DNA of 64,000 nt, taken from NCBI GenBank assembly GCA_043814605.1, contig JBDRJV010000035.1, forward strand, positions 10,275 to 74,274, given 5' to 3'. This document shows, piece after piece, positions 19,478 to 28,407 of the stretch. The number at the start of each line of letters is the position of its first letter. Positions within the stretch are counted from its first letter, which is position 1. Both the position numbers and the translations under genes were made by a program. This DNA comes from Candidatus Omnitrophota bacterium (GTDB taxonomy: Bacteria; Omnitrophota; Gorgyraeia; B26-G9). The notes beneath the pieces are model-generated. The model saw only the letters and a list, made by a program, of their open reading frames with translations. It was not told the origin of the DNA and ran no database searches.

Positions 19478-21022
19478 CTAAAACCTCTTTTTTAATATTT
19501 TTGATTTTTTAGTTAAAGATTGTGATAATATCCATCCCGAAAGAATTGCTGTGGTTACTCCGGTTCCGGGGAGGGTCCAGTGCCCGGATAAATAAAGATT
19601 TTTAACCGGAGTTTTTTGCTTTAAACGGTAAATCAAAGCTTGCTCCGGTGTATTCGCCCAGCCGTACATTGACCCCTGAAAACTTAAAGAAAAATTATTT
19701 AAATCCTGAGGAGTAAATATTTTTTTCACCACAATATGTTTAGATAAGTTTTTCACTTTTTTTTCTACGATATTAATCATTTCATCCGCGATTTGTTCTT
19801 TTGCCATGCGCCAGTCCCGTTCTGTTTGCCAGGGGAAAAATGCCGTTAAGATTAATGTGCTGTGCCCGGGAGGCGCTAAGTTAGTTTCAATATGCGTTGG
19901 TGAATAGGCACTTAAACAAGAGAGGATTCCTTTTGTCAGCTTTTCAAAATTTAAGTTAAAATCCAGCGATTCATAAAAAAAATATTCATGTTTATCTAAA
20001 CCATTCTGAGCAATATCAAAATCAAGGCCCAAGAATAATTTAAACGGGCCAACCGCCGGAGATAGTTTAAATAGCTTATTCATATATTTTTTAGGCAAAA
20101 GATCAGGGTTGATTAATTTGGTAAAAGTCTCTATAGCATCGGCATTAGAAATAACTGTGTTGGCGAATATTTTTTCCCCGTTTTCTAAAATTACCCCTTT
20201 TGCTTGATTTTCTTCAATTATTATTGCTTGAACTGCAGATTCAAGTAATACTTTCCCCTGTTTTTGTTCTATCGCCTGGACAAAAACATCGGTAACTTTT
20301 TGTGAACTGCCTTTTGGATAATAGGTATGTTCTCCATAAAGCCCGCTCATACAAGCCGCAAGCATCAACCCGGATATTTTATCTGGCGGTAATCCTAAAT
20401 AAGGCCAGCAAGCCGTAAATAACGCCGCTAAATGTTTATCTTTAGTGATAATTTGAAAAAACTTATCCGCAGTTTTCCGGGAATTAAACAGCCAGAATAA
20501 TCCGGTAAGAGGATATAATATTTTTTTTAATACACCAATCTTATCATAATCACTTCTTTTAACCGCTTGTTTACCCTGAAAAATCCGCGCGGTAATCATT
20601 ACATCCTGACGCCAGGCAATCATTAGTTTAAAAAACCTACGAATATCTTTTTTATTGCCCGGAGAGTACTTGAGCATAATTTTTTCCAGTGCGGCATAAT
20701 TACCCGGTAAAGGAATTTCACAATCCGGTAAAACTAAAACAACAAAGGGATCAATTTTAAAAAATTCAAGTTTATCTTTTATTTGATAATCTTCCAGCAC
20801 CCGGGCACAATTTCCCCTTTCATCAATTCCGGTTAATTGATGCACGGCTAAATCAAAAGTATATCCGCCAAGGTTAAAAGCTGAACAATTTCCTCCCGCA
20901 ACCCGGTTACGTTCGCAAACAACTACTCTTTGCCCGGCTTGCGCTAACCCTAAAGCTGCAGATAACCCTCCCATACCGCTGCCAATAATTACTGCATCTG
21001 CAATCTGTTTATTTTCTGTCAT
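19478..21022 (-). CDS. FAD-dependent oxidoreductase, phytoene desaturase/retinol saturase (CrtI/CrtISO) family
   Basis: VIIGSGMGGL, GYTFD, YYPKG, NLYLSGHWTLPGTGV; ATG 21022 overlaps the recJ stop (TAATG). Confidence 0.85.
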   Translation of the reverse strand: MTENKQIADAVIIGSGMGGLSAALGLAQAGQRVVVCERNRVAGGNCSAFNLGGYTFDLAVHQLTGIDERGNCARVLEDYQIKDKLEFFKIDPFVVLVLPDCEIPLPGNYAALEKIMLKYSPGNKKDIRRFFKLMIAWRQDVMITARIFQGKQAVKRSDYDKIGVLKKILYPLTGLFWLFNSRKTADKFFQIITKDKHLAALFTACWPYLGLPPDKISGLMLAACMSGLYGEHTYYPKGSSQKVTDVFVQAIEQKQGKVLLESAVQAIIIEENQAKGVILENGEKIFANTVISNADAIETFTKLINPDLLPKKYMNKLFKLSPAVGPFKLFLGLDFDIAQNGLDKHEYFFYESLDFNLNFEKLTKGILSCLSAYSPTHIETNLAPPGHSTLILTAFFPWQTERDWRMAKEQIADEMINIVEKKVKNLSKHIVVKKIFTPQDLNNFSLSFQGSMYGWANTPEQALIYRLKQKTPVKNLYLSGHWTLPGTGVTTAILSGWILSQSLTKKSKILKKRF

Positions 21023-22707
21023 TAAAAAATCCGGATATCTTTTAATTGTAATTGAATTGTGGATATCCCCTGCCACTCATTCATCGCCGGTGAATAAACA
21101 ATAGAAAAACCTTTATTAATATGTGAAATGTCCAGATCCGTAAACTTACTGCCAAAAGCTTCACAAGTAACTTTTCCGTCTGTAACCCACATCTTAAACC
21201 CGTTACCGCGTAAAGCCTTTGGCCTGCCTTTTAAAGCTAAATCACGTGAAATAAATACAGGCCGCGGGTTGCCCATACCAAACGGAGCGCACTGTTCAAT
21301 TTCGTTAATCAATTTTTCCGAAAGCACGCTTAAATCAATCTCCATATCAATATCAACCGTGGGAATTAAATCATCTTCGGTTAAGGATTTTATCGCCATT
21401 TCATTAAAAAACTCTTTGAAACTTTGCAGGTTTTCTCTCAAAATACTAATCCCCGCGGCTTTTTCATGGCCGCCAAATTCTTGTAATAAATGACCGCATT
21501 TAGTGAGTGTTTCAAATAAATGAAAATTTCTGATTGAACGCCCGGACCCCTTGCCTGTACTATCTTTAGTTGAAATTAAAATTGTCGGCCGGTAAAACCG
21601 TTCGGCAATACGCGAAGCAACAATGCCGATAACTCCAGGATGCCAATCATCATTGTGTAATACAAGAGAGCGGTGCTGTTTAAAATTTATTTGGGTTTCA
21701 ATCATGGCTAAAGCGCCGCGCAGAGTTTTAGCTTCTTCTTTTTGCCGTTCTTTATTTTCTCTATCCAGGTTTTGTGCTAATTTAAGTGCCTGCACATAAT
21801 CACGGGTTAAGAGAAGATCTAGGGCCATTTGGGCTGATCCCATGCGTCCGGTAGCATTAATCCGCGGGCCTAATATAAATCCGACATGGTAGCTTGAGAG
21901 CTTACGTTTAGATATTCCGGTAATTTCGATTAAAGCTTGCAATCCTATCTTTTTTGTCTGTGATAATCTTCCCAGCCCTTCTTTTACTAAAATTCGATTT
22001 TCACCCACTAAAGTTGCAACATCACTGATTGTTCCCAAGGCCACTAAATCCAAATGTTGGTATACATCGCTGTTTTTCCCGGCAATAGTTTGGGCTAATT
22101 TATAAGCAATCCCTACGCCTGCTAATTCTTTAAACGGATACTGACAATCTTTTTGCCAAGGATTAATCACTGCATAGGCTGCAGGTATTTTATGCTCACG
22201 CGGTTGATGGTGATCGGTAATAATAATATCAATACCCTGTGAATTTAGAAAACCTGTTTCTTTAAAACTGGATATTCCACAATCTACGGTAATAATTAAT
22301 CCTGCTCCTTGCGCTTTTAAATATGCACAGGCTTCTTGATTCAAGCCATAGCCTTCTTCTACCCGGTGCGGAATATAACAGTAAACATCCGCCCCCAAAT
22401 CTTTAAGCACAAAAAACAATAATGCACAACTGGTTAATCCATCAACATCATAATCCCCGTAAATAAATATTTTTTCTTTTTGTTTAATTGCTTTTCTAAT
22501 CCGCAATACAGATTTTTCCATATCCTTAAGTAGTAATGGATCAAAACAATTATCAATACAAGCATTTAAATAAAAATCCGCTTCGGCTAATGTATTGACT
22601 TGCCGATTGAGAAGAATTTGGGCAATAATCGGAGAAATACCCAGTTCTTGGGAAAAATTATTTTGTTTTTTTAAATCTATCTTGCTAATGTTCCAGTTTT
22701 TTTGCAT
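21022..22707 (-). CDS. recJ: ssDNA exonuclease RecJ
   Basis: YGDYDVDG, ITVDCG, ITDHH, GPRINA.GR, GSGRS, GGH..AAG. Confidence 0.97.
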   Translation of the reverse strand: MQKNWNISKIDLKKQNNFSQELGISPIIAQILLNRQVNTLAEADFYLNACIDNCFDPLLLKDMEKSVLRIRKAIKQKEKIFIYGDYDVDGLTSCALLFFVLKDLGADVYCYIPHRVEEGYGLNQEACAYLKAQGAGLIITVDCGISSFKETGFLNSQGIDIIITDHHQPREHKIPAAYAVINPWQKDCQYPFKELAGVGIAYKLAQTIAGKNSDVYQHLDLVALGTISDVATLVGENRILVKEGLGRLSQTKKIGLQALIEITGISKRKLSSYHVGFILGPRINATGRMGSAQMALDLLLTRDYVQALKLAQNLDRENKERQKEEAKTLRGALAMIETQINFKQHRSLVLHNDDWHPGVIGIVASRIAERFYRPTILISTKDSTGKGSGRSIRNFHLFETLTKCGHLLQEFGGHEKAAGISILRENLQSFKEFFNEMAIKSLTEDDLIPTVDIDMEIDLSVLSEKLINEIEQCAPFGMGNPRPVFISRDLALKGRPKALRGNGFKMWVTDGKVTCEAFGSKFTDLDISHINKGFSIVYSPAMNEWQGISTIQLQLKDIRIF

Positions 22708-22729
22708 TTTTGTTTGTTTTTTATCTTTT

Positions 22730-23416
22730 TTAAGAAAAACCGCTGTTTTTGTTTTCTGCTTGCAGAAATTTCTTGCGATAAGAAATTGCCCAGTTTAACA
22801 ATACTAATTGAATAATAACAATAAAAAAACCATATCCCAAATATCTAATACTTTTAGATCCTTGAAAAAAAGAATAACCAAAATATAAAATAAAAATAAG
22901 AATTCCTGTAATTAATACCCGGATGATTTCTCCGTTATACACCACCTGAGTTAAACTATACCGAAGCGGGTTTTTTTCTTTATATTTTTTGAATCTAGGA
23001 ATAAATGCTGGTACGGAATTTTTATATTCTATATACTCGGCTTTAAATAAATCCGCTAATAAGGCCTCTTCCTTCTTCACTGTCCCTAGGTAAAAAAAGA
23101 AAAATAAAACACAGTAAGCACCCCATAAAATATAATTACGCACAAAAAAACAAAAACCGAGTCCGATTAAAAAATTGCCGACATATAACGGATTACGCAC
23201 AAAAGCATAAGGCCCGGAGGTGGTCAACTGTCTGATTTTTTTTATATACCCGGCTGCCCATAACCTGATCATCACTCCGGCTAAGATATACCCTATCCCA
23301 AACCGAAAATTATTTTCCGTAAAACCCTGCTTATAAGCAAAAAATAAATATACTATTGCCAGCGGATATGCTGCCCACAAACGCATTTTTTTAAATCTAA
23401 ACTTTTCCAACTTCAA
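22730..23416 (-). CDS. Isoprenylcysteine carboxyl methyltransferase/PEMT-family membrane protein
   Basis: LTTSGPYAFVRNPLYVG, EE..L...F..EY..Y...VP.FIP. Confidence 0.8.
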   Translation of the reverse strand: MKLEKFRFKKMRLWAAYPLAIVYLFFAYKQGFTENNFRFGIGYILAGVMIRLWAAGYIKKIRQLTTSGPYAFVRNPLYVGNFLIGLGFCFFVRNYILWGAYCVLFFFFYLGTVKKEEALLADLFKAEYIEYKNSVPAFIPRFKKYKEKNPLRYSLTQVVYNGEIIRVLITGILIFILYFGYSFFQGSKSIRYLGYGFFIVIIQLVLLNWAISYRKKFLQAENKNSGFS

Positions 23417-23460
23417 CTCCTCATTATTTGTGTAATATTTAATGTATAAAGTGTGATGTA

Positions 23461-23698
23461 AAAATCAAATAAAAAAAGCATACATTGAGAAATCATATGT
23501 GATTTTGTTTAATTTATGGATGGAGATGAAGACCCGCCTAGTCATCTTCAGAGTAGCCTCACTGTGGTGGCGAGGCTGGCACGATGTCGCAACGCCATAA
23601 ACCAAGGATGGTTTTTTGGCAGCGAAGTCTTCAAACATAAATTATTACAAAATAAATATTATTTCTTAGGATGTGTTTTTATTTGATTTCCAAAGATC
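23461..23698. repeat. ~230 bp structured element, copy 1 (MITE or ncRNA)
   Basis: Terminal inverted arms aaatcaaataaaaa/tttttatttgattt with nested internal hairpins; highly similar to 26789-27029. Confidence 0.9.
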
Positions 23699-23786
23699 TA
23701 TCATTATTTTATTGCGTTATTACTGCTGCAACAAATTTAAATTATAAGTGCAAAAAACTTATTTTTTCTAATCGCTAACCGCTATA

Positions 23787-24488
23787 TTAAAATTTGTATC
23801 CAATTCCAAAATTAATTGCCCATTCGTCAAAAAAGCGTATTTCTGCATTAGCATTTACATCATCTTTAATCTGATAATCAGCCCCCAGGAGAAAACCCCA
23901 GCAATCTTCGCTTTTTAACCGCCGCCTTAAATCACCTTGCTTGTACTTAAGCTGCGTATTGCTATATTGAGGGCCAAAATAAATATCGTTTTCCCTAAAT
24001 TCTTTTATAAACAGCCATGTTCCCTGCCATTCATCCCAAATTACCCGGTGCTCTATATTATTGACCGTATCTTTAAACGGATGACAACTTATATGCTGGA
24101 ATCCAAAGATTGACTTAATTTTTTCTTTCTCATCTGCATAAAATAGATAGCGAATCCCATAACCTCCGGCAAAACCAGTCGGGAAATCAAGATTTAACCC
24201 ATCATTACGCTGAAAAGAAACATTGCCCAACCCAACTTTTCCGTCAATAAATAACCGCTTGGTTAAGCCGTAACTGGCTTTAAGAAAATACTGGGTTGTC
24301 GCTCCCTGGCCCGGGACTTTATTAAAATCACGCTTAAAGATATGATTATACTGAAAACCCCAGATTGTCGTGTGCAAACCAGGCAGAAAATTCCCCTCAG
24401 ACGGAATGGCCAATAAACTCGGGTAAGATAAAAATAAGCTTAAGAAGCTGATTAAGCTTATGCAAACAATAAATTTTATCCGTTCCAT
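23787..24488 (-). CDS. Outer-membrane beta-barrel protein
   Basis: Signal peptide, amphipathic beta pattern, C-terminal FGIGYKF. Confidence 0.7.
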   Translation of the reverse strand: MERIKFIVCISLISFLSLFLSYPSLLAIPSEGNFLPGLHTTIWGFQYNHIFKRDFNKVPGQGATTQYFLKASYGLTKRLFIDGKVGLGNVSFQRNDGLNLDFPTGFAGGYGIRYLFYADEKEKIKSIFGFQHISCHPFKDTVNNIEHRVIWDEWQGTWLFIKEFRENDIYFGPQYSNTQLKYKQGDLRRRLKSEDCWGFLLGADYQIKDDVNANAEIRFFDEWAINFGIGYKF

Positions 24489-24554
24489 GGAAAAACAAAT
24501 CCTTGTTTTTTTATTATAATATATATAATAGACTGGTTTATTAAATTTAACAAA

Positions 24555-26261
24555 TTATTTTTTAGATTTTTTAGCGTACACTTCTTTTATTACTAACCCG
24601 CTCTCTAAAATCATCCAGATTTCTAACATCAATACGCAGATACTAATAACAAAAAGCCCCCAATTTGAATTTTTATAAAAATTATTTAGATTGATTAGCA
24701 TTGCCCAGCCCGTCATCAGGATCATAAAAACCATGGGGATTGCTGTAGCGAGAGCATTTATTTTTTTACGTGCTAAGGATATTGTTATGACCAGCAATGC
24801 TAATCCGGCTAAAAGCTGATTTAATGCCCCAAACAAAGGCCAAAGCACTAACGCCCCTTTTCCGCTGCCATTAAAAAAAGCTAAGACAAGTGCAGAAAAT
24901 ACCGCAATACAAGTAGCAGAATATTTATTTTTTAATTTTGGCATTCTCCAGGCACAAGCTAATTCTCCCACCACATAGCGCTGGATACGTGTTGCTGTAT
25001 CCAATGTCGTTGCGGCAAAAGAAACCAAAAAAACTCCCATAATTGTAATCGTAATTTTAGCTGGAATCCCTATGGTCCTGATTAAATTAGCAGAACCAGT
25101 TACAAATGCGCTTAATTTTGAGGATAAACCACTGGCCTGGGACCAGCTTGCGTATTGATAATTAAACGCCGCCACCCCTTTTAAAACCTCACCCGTTTGT
25201 GTCTTTAATCCCATACCCAGGCCTGCACTAACGGCAATAATCACAAGAATTGCTAATATTGCTTCAATTAACATGCTTCCGTACCCGATAAACAAAGTAT
25301 CTTGTTCTTTATCACATTGCTTAGAACTTGTACCCGAAGAAACTAAACTATGAAACCCGGAAATCGCCCCGCAGGCAATCACGACAAAAATAGCCGGGAA
25401 TAACGCTGGCGCACCTGGGGGAGCTAAGTTAATTGCGGGTGCCACAATACTAGGATTTGCCAAACAAATGCCCAAAGCTAAAAATACCATGGCAACTAAA
25501 AGCTGGTAAGAATTGATAAAATCTCTGGGCTGTAATAATAACTGTACCGGCAAAGTTGAGGCAAAAAAAACATAGATTAATAAAATTACAATCCAAACTG
25601 CAATTGGCTCAAAACCAAAAAACCCCGGTAAATTTAAAGGTAAAAACGCACCCATGATAATTGTCAAATACATTAAAATAACTGCGATTATCCCCATGAT
25701 ATTGGGATTTTTATTTTTCTGATAAATCATTATCCCTAAAATTACCGCGATAGGTATTTGCAACCACACTGGCAAAACTGATTCCGGATACATGGTAAAT
25801 AAAATTGCAATAATTAATGCAAAAACTGAAATAACAATCCAAAGCCCGAAAAATATAATTAAAAGAAAAAGCGTCCTGACTCTCTTGTTTATAATATCAG
25901 CCGCCAGATCTCCTACGGAACGGCCTTGTGCACGCAGAGAAATAATTAATGCGCCAAAATCATGCACAGCTCCGATAAAAATTGACCCAAACAATATCCA
26001 CAATACTGCCGGCACCCAGCCCCAAATAATTGCAATTGCCGGCCCGACAATCGGCCCCAAACCAGCAATAGATGTAAAATGATGTCCAAAAAGCACTTGT
26101 TTATTAGTAGGAATATAATCCAGATCATCCCGCTGACTATGGCTGGGGCAAATTGTTTGCGGATTAAGGCGAAAGATTTTTTGAGCTAAGAATCTACCGT
26201 AAATTTTATACGCCAGCCAAAAACAAAAACTCATTACAATTAATAAAAATAATGAACTCAT
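24555..26261 (-). CDS. cstA: Carbon starvation protein A family transporter
   Basis: LFGHHFTSIAGLGPIVGP, GAVHDF, LLLQPRD, ACGAISGFH, TTLDTATR. Confidence 0.93.
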   Translation of the reverse strand: MSSLFLLIVMSFCFWLAYKIYGRFLAQKIFRLNPQTICPSHSQRDDLDYIPTNKQVLFGHHFTSIAGLGPIVGPAIAIIWGWVPAVLWILFGSIFIGAVHDFGALIISLRAQGRSVGDLAADIINKRVRTLFLLIIFFGLWIVISVFALIIAILFTMYPESVLPVWLQIPIAVILGIMIYQKNKNPNIMGIIAVILMYLTIIMGAFLPLNLPGFFGFEPIAVWIVILLIYVFFASTLPVQLLLQPRDFINSYQLLVAMVFLALGICLANPSIVAPAINLAPPGAPALFPAIFVVIACGAISGFHSLVSSGTSSKQCDKEQDTLFIGYGSMLIEAILAILVIIAVSAGLGMGLKTQTGEVLKGVAAFNYQYASWSQASGLSSKLSAFVTGSANLIRTIGIPAKITITIMGVFLVSFAATTLDTATRIQRYVVGELACAWRMPKLKNKYSATCIAVFSALVLAFFNGSGKGALVLWPLFGALNQLLAGLALLVITISLARKKINALATAIPMVFMILMTGWAMLINLNNFYKNSNWGLFVISICVLMLEIWMILESGLVIKEVYAKKSKK

Positions 26262-26307
26262 AATCTTCTCGATAATTTTTAACTACTTTAACAAATTATT
26301 ACAAAAT

Positions 26308-26330
26308 GTACGGGCATGCCCGTACCCTAC
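26308..26330 (-). repeat. GTAG-type REP sequence
   Basis: Minus strand GTAGG-GTACGGGCATGCCCGTAC (perfect 18-bp palindrome). Confidence 0.75.
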
Positions 26331-26429
26331 ATGATTATTAATTATAATTTTTTGCGTCCTTCGTCATTGTTCTTTCATCTTTTGCTTTTACTATTATCCG
26401 GAATCAACCTTCAACCCCTAACATTCGCA

Positions 26430-26765
26430 CTATAACCTAACTTCATCATTATCCACAACTTCGGCTTCTACATCAATAACTCCACCGCTTGTATCTGTAT
26501 GACTATGATTATTATTCTGATGATCTCTATTCTCGGAGTTAAAACCTCCTTGCGTTTTCTGAAAAGAATCTTTAAATGTGCCAAATAAAACATTCTTGCC
26601 CACAAGTAAAGCTGCAAAAAAAATAACCAGTAATATCCCGCCTAAAGCCAGCCAGAAGAAAAAACGAAAGAATAATAACCCAAAGAAAAAATTAAATAAT
26701 AGAAGCATGCCTATAAAATGCACCAATTTACCTACTATATATAAAATTCTTGAACTTAACCGCAT
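26430..26765 (-). CDS. Hypothetical 2-TM membrane protein
   Basis: Two hydrophobic segments and acidic IDVEAEVVD tail; SD aaggg. Confidence 0.7.
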   Translation of the reverse strand: MRLSSRILYIVGKLVHFIGMLLLFNFFFGLLFFRFFFWLALGGILLVIFFAALLVGKNVLFGTFKDSFQKTQGGFNSENRDHQNNNHSHTDTSGGVIDVEAEVVDNDEVRL

Positions 26766-26788
26766 TATTTCCCTTTTAAGCTTGCTTA

Positions 26789-27029
26789 AAAATCAAACAA
26801 AAAAAAGCAGCCATTAAGAAATTATGTGTGATTTTGTTTAATTTATGTATGAAGATGAAGACCCGCCTAGTCATCTTCAGAGTAGCCTCACTGTGTTGGC
26901 GAGGCTGGCACGACGTCGTAACGCCGTAAACCAAGGATGGTTTTTCGGTGGCGAAGTCTTCTATACATAAATTATTACAAAATGAACATTAGTTTCTTAG
27001 AATGCGTTTTTGTTTGATTTTCAAAGATC
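26789..27029. repeat. ~230 bp structured element, copy 2
   Basis: Arms aaaatcaaacaaaaa/tttttgtttgatttt; core gatgaagacccgcctagtcatcttcagagtagcctcactgtg identical to copy 1. Confidence 0.9.
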
Positions 27030-27052
27030 ATTTATCACATTAACATATATTT

Positions 27053-28288
27053 CTACACATTTTTTCCCGCCGCAAACCCCGTAGAAAAAGCTGCTTGTAG
27101 ATTATACCCACCGGTTAGACCTGCAACATCCAAAATTTCTCCGCAAAAATAAAGCCCAGGAACAATCTTTGATTCCATGGTTTTCGGGTTGATCTCTCTA
27201 GTGTCTACCCCGCCCCGGGTAATCATGGCCTGTTCAAAAGCAAAAAATTGCCGGACTTTTAATTCTAATGATTTTAAATTATTTATCAAGCTAATTTTTT
27301 CTCTTTTACTTAATTCTATCATTTTCTTATCGGTAAGGATACCGGATATTTTTAATATTTCATGAACAAATTTAACCGGCAATATCTGCGTAAGAAAATT
27401 TTTACATTTTATTTGTGATTTTCTTAACGCTTTATCATTGAATTGGTTAAGAATAATATCCTGTGTTAAATCCGGCAAAAAATCAATTTTTAAGATTACA
27501 TCCTGCTTTTTGATTTTATCAATAAAAAGACTAATATCCAGTATCCCTGGGCCGGAAACGCCAAAATGCGTAAAAACCAATTCGCCCTCTATAGTTTTTT
27601 TTCTTTTTCTATTAATATACAGGCTAATCCTGGAATCAGAAAAACTTATACCCTGAAGATTTTTTATCCATTTATTATCAATCACTAAAGATGACAATCC
27701 CGGGCGTAAATTAATAATATTATGCCCAAGTTTTTCTGCCCAATTAAACCCGTCTCCGGTTGAACCTGTAGCAGGATATGTTTTTCCTCCTGTAGCGATA
27801 ACAACTTTCTCTGTATTAATCTGTTCACTACAATCTGTTTTTACAGCCATAATTTTCTGATTCTTTGCAATAATCTTTGCAACATTAGTGTTTAATTTTA
27901 TTTCAACCCCGGATTGTTTTAATGATCTTTCTAAAGCATTAACCACATCCTGCGCATTATCAGAAGCAGGAAAGATTCTTCCTTTATTTTCTGCTTTAAC
28001 TTTAAGCCCTGATTCTTTAAAAAAATTAATTAACTCTGTATTATAAAAAACATTAAAAGCATTATGTAAAAATTTAACTGCGTCAACATAATGTTCCGGA
28101 AAATCCGATAGACTAGAAATATTTGTTAAATTGCATCTGGAATTTCCGGTTAACCGCAGTTTTTTGCCGAGACATTTGTTCTTTTCTAAGAGCAAGACTG
28201 ATTTTCCGCTTTTAGCCGCAGTTGCTGCGGCAATCATCCCCGCCGGACCTGCACCAATAACAATTACATCAAATCTTCTATCGGCCAT
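27053..28288 (-). CDS. HI0933/YhiN/BaiN-family flavoprotein
   Basis: GAGPAG, GKKL.LTG..RCNLTN, ATGG..YP.TGSTGDG, FTHFGVSGP, GGYNLQAAFSTG. Confidence 0.92.
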   Translation of the reverse strand: MADRRFDVIVIGAGPAGMIAAATAAKSGKSVLLLEKNKCLGKKLRLTGNSRCNLTNISSLSDFPEHYVDAVKFLHNAFNVFYNTELINFFKESGLKVKAENKGRIFPASDNAQDVVNALERSLKQSGVEIKLNTNVAKIIAKNQKIMAVKTDCSEQINTEKVVIATGGKTYPATGSTGDGFNWAEKLGHNIINLRPGLSSLVIDNKWIKNLQGISFSDSRISLYINRKRKKTIEGELVFTHFGVSGPGILDISLFIDKIKKQDVILKIDFLPDLTQDIILNQFNDKALRKSQIKCKNFLTQILPVKFVHEILKISGILTDKKMIELSKREKISLINNLKSLELKVRQFFAFEQAMITRGGVDTREINPKTMESKIVPGLYFCGEILDVAGLTGGYNLQAAFSTGFAAGKNV

Positions 28289-28407
28289 ATTTTAAATATC
28301 CTTAATAAAATCAAAAATAGTAACATAATAATCACTTATTCAAGCCGCCCCGCGGTACTGCTGGCTGAATTTATTTGTTATTTTAAAATTATTTTTCTTC
28401 ACTCTTA

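Noticed and set aside
23461-27029. CRISPR array or riboswitch interpretation of the duplicated element
   Set aside because: Only two ~230 bp copies 3.3 kb apart, no spacer periodicity and no cas genes; no aptamer consensus I recognise.
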